From contig SDNY01000098.1 of the NCBI GenBank assembly GCA_004524535.1, forward strand, positions 1 to 13,747: a stretch of 13,747 nt of DNA, given 5' to 3'. Below are positions 11,701 to 13,747 of the stretch, piece after piece. The position numbers and the translations under genes are program-made. The notes under the pieces were generated by a model. It searched no databases and was not told the DNA's origin. It saw nothing but the letters and a program-made list of their open reading frames with translations. The DNA comes from Promethearchaeota archaeon (GTDB taxonomy: Archaea; Asgardarchaeota; Lokiarchaeia; Sigyniarchaeales; SOKP01). Numbering within the stretch: the stretch's first letter is position 1; each line of letters begins with the position of its first letter.

Positions 11701-13480
11701 TGTTACAGCAATAAAACCAAATTATCTATATCGGCAGAAACAGATTAAAATTGAAATAACTGAGAAAGCATCTATTATGAGCTTATATATAAATGGAGAA
11801 AACCGAACATCAGACACTTTCTTTAATTTCTATTGGGGTGAATTCTTAAATATTACTATATTTTATCAGGAAAAAGAAAGTAGACAATTAATCAATGATG
11901 CTACAGTAGAACTTATAGAAGGAAGTATTTTATTATACAATCTTACAAGAAATGCTTACTTTGAACAATATAATCGTACAATTAATACAAACGATTTAGG
12001 TGTAGGGACTAAATATTTGCTGATTACTGCAGCTAAGGAGAATTACAAGACTATTACAAAAGACATTATTATAACAGTGAGTGAAAGAATAGTTGAATTT
12101 CAATTATTAATAAATGGCACTCAAATTGCATATAATGGAAATAAATCAGTTGACGTTACCCAGAGATTAAATATTACTGTGATTTTTAGAGATAATATTA
12201 CAAAACAACACATACCTGGTGCTAATATTCTTTTAGCAGGAGTTGGAGCTTCCCCATTATCTTTAAATGAAAGTCCTTATGATTATTATAATATAACTTT
12301 GAAGGTGCTAGACATACAACAAGAAGGAGTAGCAATCCTTACTATAGATACAGAAAAAACTAATTATCAGGCTTACATATTTCAATTTAAATTATTTATA
12401 AGTAAGAAAGAGACAAACTTAGATATTTTCTTTGATGGTAAAAATGTTACAACTTCTCCTTATATAACTTTCCCAATAGGCACTCGTTTAAACCTTACGG
12501 TGAAATATACAGACATTAATGGTCTTCACGTACCAAACGCCAATGTTTCATTGAGCCTAGATTTTACCGCAGATATACCTAAACATAGTATTTTTCAACA
12601 ATATTCCATAATAATTGATACTAATTTATTGAAGATAGGAATAAATACTATTGGTCTTGAGGCAAAAAAACCAAATTACATCTCCCAAGTTTTAAATCTA
12701 TATTTAACAGTTAGAAAAATAAAAACACTTATTGATACTGAAGATGGAGATGATACTATTACCATCAAACCTGGTGAAGATGTTATAATAAGAATTGAAA
12801 TAAAGGATCTAGACTTTGGCGGAGGAGTTGAAGGTGCTGAAGTTACTTATGATTCGAAGTTAGGAGATGGAGATCTTGATGATGAAGGTGGTGGTTTATA
12901 TGAGGTTAAATTAAAAGAGGTGCCAGAGGGAACATACACTATAACTATTTCGGTTTATAAGGCGGGGGGTAGGTATGAATTTGAAGATTTCGAAATTACT
13001 TTAGTTGTTAAACAAGAAGAGGGCGAAGCATTATTATGGCTTATCCTTTTCATTATTGCTTGTGCTGCTGTTGGTGCTTTAGCTTCGTATTTCGTTTATT
13101 ACTATTACGTAAAAAGATATCCAAAACCCGTTAGAAAAGTTCGAAAATATCGAAGAACATTGAAAAAGAAAGCAGCGCCAAGCGTGGATATCTTAAGCAG
13201 AGATAAGGCTTTTAGTCAAAAATTTTCAGATAAAACGAAAAATATTCCAAAACTTAAAGCTCTAGAAAAACCAATTCTTCCAATTGCTACAGAAGAGAAA
13301 CTTAAATCCACAATCGAAAAACCAAAAAAACAACCGAAAGAAAAACTAAAAAAACAACCGAAAGAAAAACCAAAAAAACAACCGAAAGAAAAACTAAAAA
13401 AACAACCGAAAGAAAAACCAAAAAAACAACCGAAAGAAAAACCAAAAAAACAATCGAAAGATAAAACGAAAAAAAAATAA
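8762..13480 (+). CDS. Large membrane-anchored cell-surface glycoprotein (adhesin/S-layer-like) with jelly-roll-like head, Ig-like stalk, C-terminal TM helix and basic cytoplasmic tail
   Basis: 1572 aa. N-terminal signal/TM segment (KKIFYLSIVLLFLVLNFIMI), roughly 50 N-x-S/T sequons counted by eye, 8-9 beta-sandwich repeats, a TM helix at 13031-13111 (LLWLILFIIACAAVGALASYFVYYYYV), then KRYPKPVRKVRKYRRTLKKK and a Lys-rich tail. Confidence 0.88.
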   Translation: MYWKKQESKKIFYLSIVLLFLVLNFIMINFNNTPNAQNNEKSNNSYINLQENLQERDFKSHGTVEDEFTEEWLQNGNFTSGTDPWYNTTAGDSSDVKASYSDGAANYEVLGNNGTFSIINSPPSSSDWSPKKNPDFPLKPNGRYNQATINSGYGIDSEGCWATHEYDESINQTDNFPSIHFERNVNMPVNMSDYIITSASVSAYFNATVTTNLEVDGDDMSGDNGYSGVWDWVRFYVLISDLDNINEYQIANYRTDDLGSGNCPRASLGTPYYMGDTAMIPVDGPTLIYYLTSVLSRDYRNFTITLGIHIYAEDNYPNYDWDTFRRLLIKNFSLSISYVKKIDPLTSLSWNQIGNEIPSDSNVDISKAVLNFSYRINETWSTSLSPNSEIRMIINDTQHSESIKLSAFSTEWQTSSFDVTYAVLTTGKGVNISLSIQVFLADEFRLDRVIKISIDNVSLEITYTISTVETLTELELFLNGIDKSLDKSIEVAWRETVNITVTYRNSTSGNSILGALVDVNGPGISEILNTIGSNYSVVINSTDLSFGNNYLTLHAEKKYYESITETIKITVVERPTYLDNIYLNYTEQISINMQYNEILNITVSYNDTLSNKFISGATVSLNGTGISEPMPENSQKQYSVEINTTDLTLGLNFLTISAQKENYSLASEAITIAVNLKDTYLDVSFNGTSTTEFDYYNISIGEELNITAWYREADTSAFIDSATVDLISAPIGTQPMPHHPTYDQYNRTINATDLGVGVQFLTISAQKENFTSRSVTVSVIIYERATNIRLWLNKTEMPISNPSITLNVNETLNITVTYRDFQSSEHLSEAAGAGVRIFGSGIDDDFTEDGAQEQYTYFLNSSDLSQGVNFVNILAERDGYESQYILLTIIITERNTSIELFLNGTDFSHISYFTYKLTIGEYLNITIKYNDWLTGAHIELASVNLEGEGINKPLPENNKLGHYSIILDSEELNQGINFLTVTAIKPNYLYRQKQIKIEITEKASIMSLYINGENRTSDTFFNFYWGEFLNITIFYQEKESRQLINDATVELIEGSILLYNLTRNAYFEQYNRTINTNDLGVGTKYLLITAAKENYKTITKDIIITVSERIVEFQLLINGTQIAYNGNKSVDVTQRLNITVIFRDNITKQHIPGANILLAGVGASPLSLNESPYDYYNITLKVLDIQQEGVAILTIDTEKTNYQAYIFQFKLFISKKETNLDIFFDGKNVTTSPYITFPIGTRLNLTVKYTDINGLHVPNANVSLSLDFTADIPKHSIFQQYSIIIDTNLLKIGINTIGLEAKKPNYISQVLNLYLTVRKIKTLIDTEDGDDTITIKPGEDVIIRIEIKDLDFGGGVEGAEVTYDSKLGDGDLDDEGGGLYEVKLKEVPEGTYTITISVYKAGGRYEFEDFEITLVVKQEEGEALLWLILFIIACAAVGALASYFVYYYYVKRYPKPVRKVRKYRRTLKKKAAPSVDILSRDKAFSQKFSDKTKNIPKLKALEKPILPIATEEKLKSTIEKPKKQPKEKLKKQPKEKPKKQPKEKLKKQPKEKPKKQPKEKPKKQSKDKTKKK
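10175..13020 (+). repeat. Eight ~105-aa Ig-like repeats plus one divergent acidic membrane-proximal repeat
   Basis: Units start near 10175, 10478, 10790, 11108, 11438, 11762, 12083, 12404 and 12713. Consensus ERxTxLxLxLNG…ExLNITVxYxD…IxxAxVxL…Y…INxxDLxxGxNxLTIxAxKxNY. Visible at protein level, diverged at DNA level. Confidence 0.88.
13316..13459 (+). repeat. 24-bp coding tandem repeat, 6 copies, encoding (EK[P/L]KKQ[P/S]K)n
   Basis: Unit gaaaaac[c/t]aaaaaaacaa[c/t]cgaaa starting at 13316, 13340, 13364, 13388, 13412 and 13436, with P,L,P,L,P,P variants. A degenerate seventh copy begins at 13460. Confidence 0.95.
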
Positions 13481-13583
13481 AAAAAGTAGCCGAGAAAAAA
13501 AGTAGCAAATTATCTGAAGAATCGCCGAAATAAGAAGAAAAAATTAACATATAATACAATAAAATAAAGATTTAGAACAAAAA

Positions 13584-13596
13584 TTTCCTTTTTTTT
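13584..13596 (+). terminator. Candidate archaeal oligo-T terminator of the surface-protein gene
   Basis: TTTCCTTTTTTTT (T8 at 13589-13596) is the first long plus-strand T tract after an otherwise A-rich 3' region. Confidence 0.4.
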
Positions 13597-13747
13597 ATAA
13601 ATTTGTCTTAAAAATGCATTTAAGATCTATTTATAATAGATATAAATATTAATTTAGCGTTAGTTACATAACTTCGAAAAATAAAATTAATTCATAAAAA
13701 AAAGTTAAGTGAATAAAATTGCCACGTAAAAATAAAAAAGAGGAAGA

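Noticed and set aside
13302-13559. 85-aa hydrophobic minus-strand ORF with (VVFLVFLS)n
   Set aside because: Reverse-complement reading of the A-rich 24-bp repeat; the hydrophobicity is an artefact of T-rich codons.

Overview
A very AT-rich archaeal window. The gene repertoire suggests an Asgard archaeon of the Lokiarchaeia type; this is inferred from protein architectures, not from a marker gene. From left to right: (1) the 5' part of a geranylgeranyl-reductase-family flavoprotein, running off the left edge and absent from the ORF track; (2) a minus-strand cluster of a tail-anchored zinc-ribbon protein and three TM-hairpin + PH-like membrane proteins, two of them clearly paralogous; (3) a divergent ribbon-helix-helix + V4R-like regulator; (4) an MBL-fold metallo-hydrolase; (5) a closely spaced gene pair: a putative longin-like + duplicated winged-helix protein (426 aa) and an 808-aa protein with a CxxC/H/H Zn-like domain, a TrmB-type HTH, apolipoprotein-like 22-mer helices and a degenerate PLD-like domain; (6) a divergent 1572-aa membrane-anchored surface glycoprotein with 8-9 Ig-like repeats and a Lys-rich cytoplasmic tail built on a 24-bp tandem repeat, whose stop codon directly follows an A9 run. 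No rRNA, tRNA, CRISPR array or mobile element was recognised. All domain calls were made by eye and need HMM or structure confirmation.
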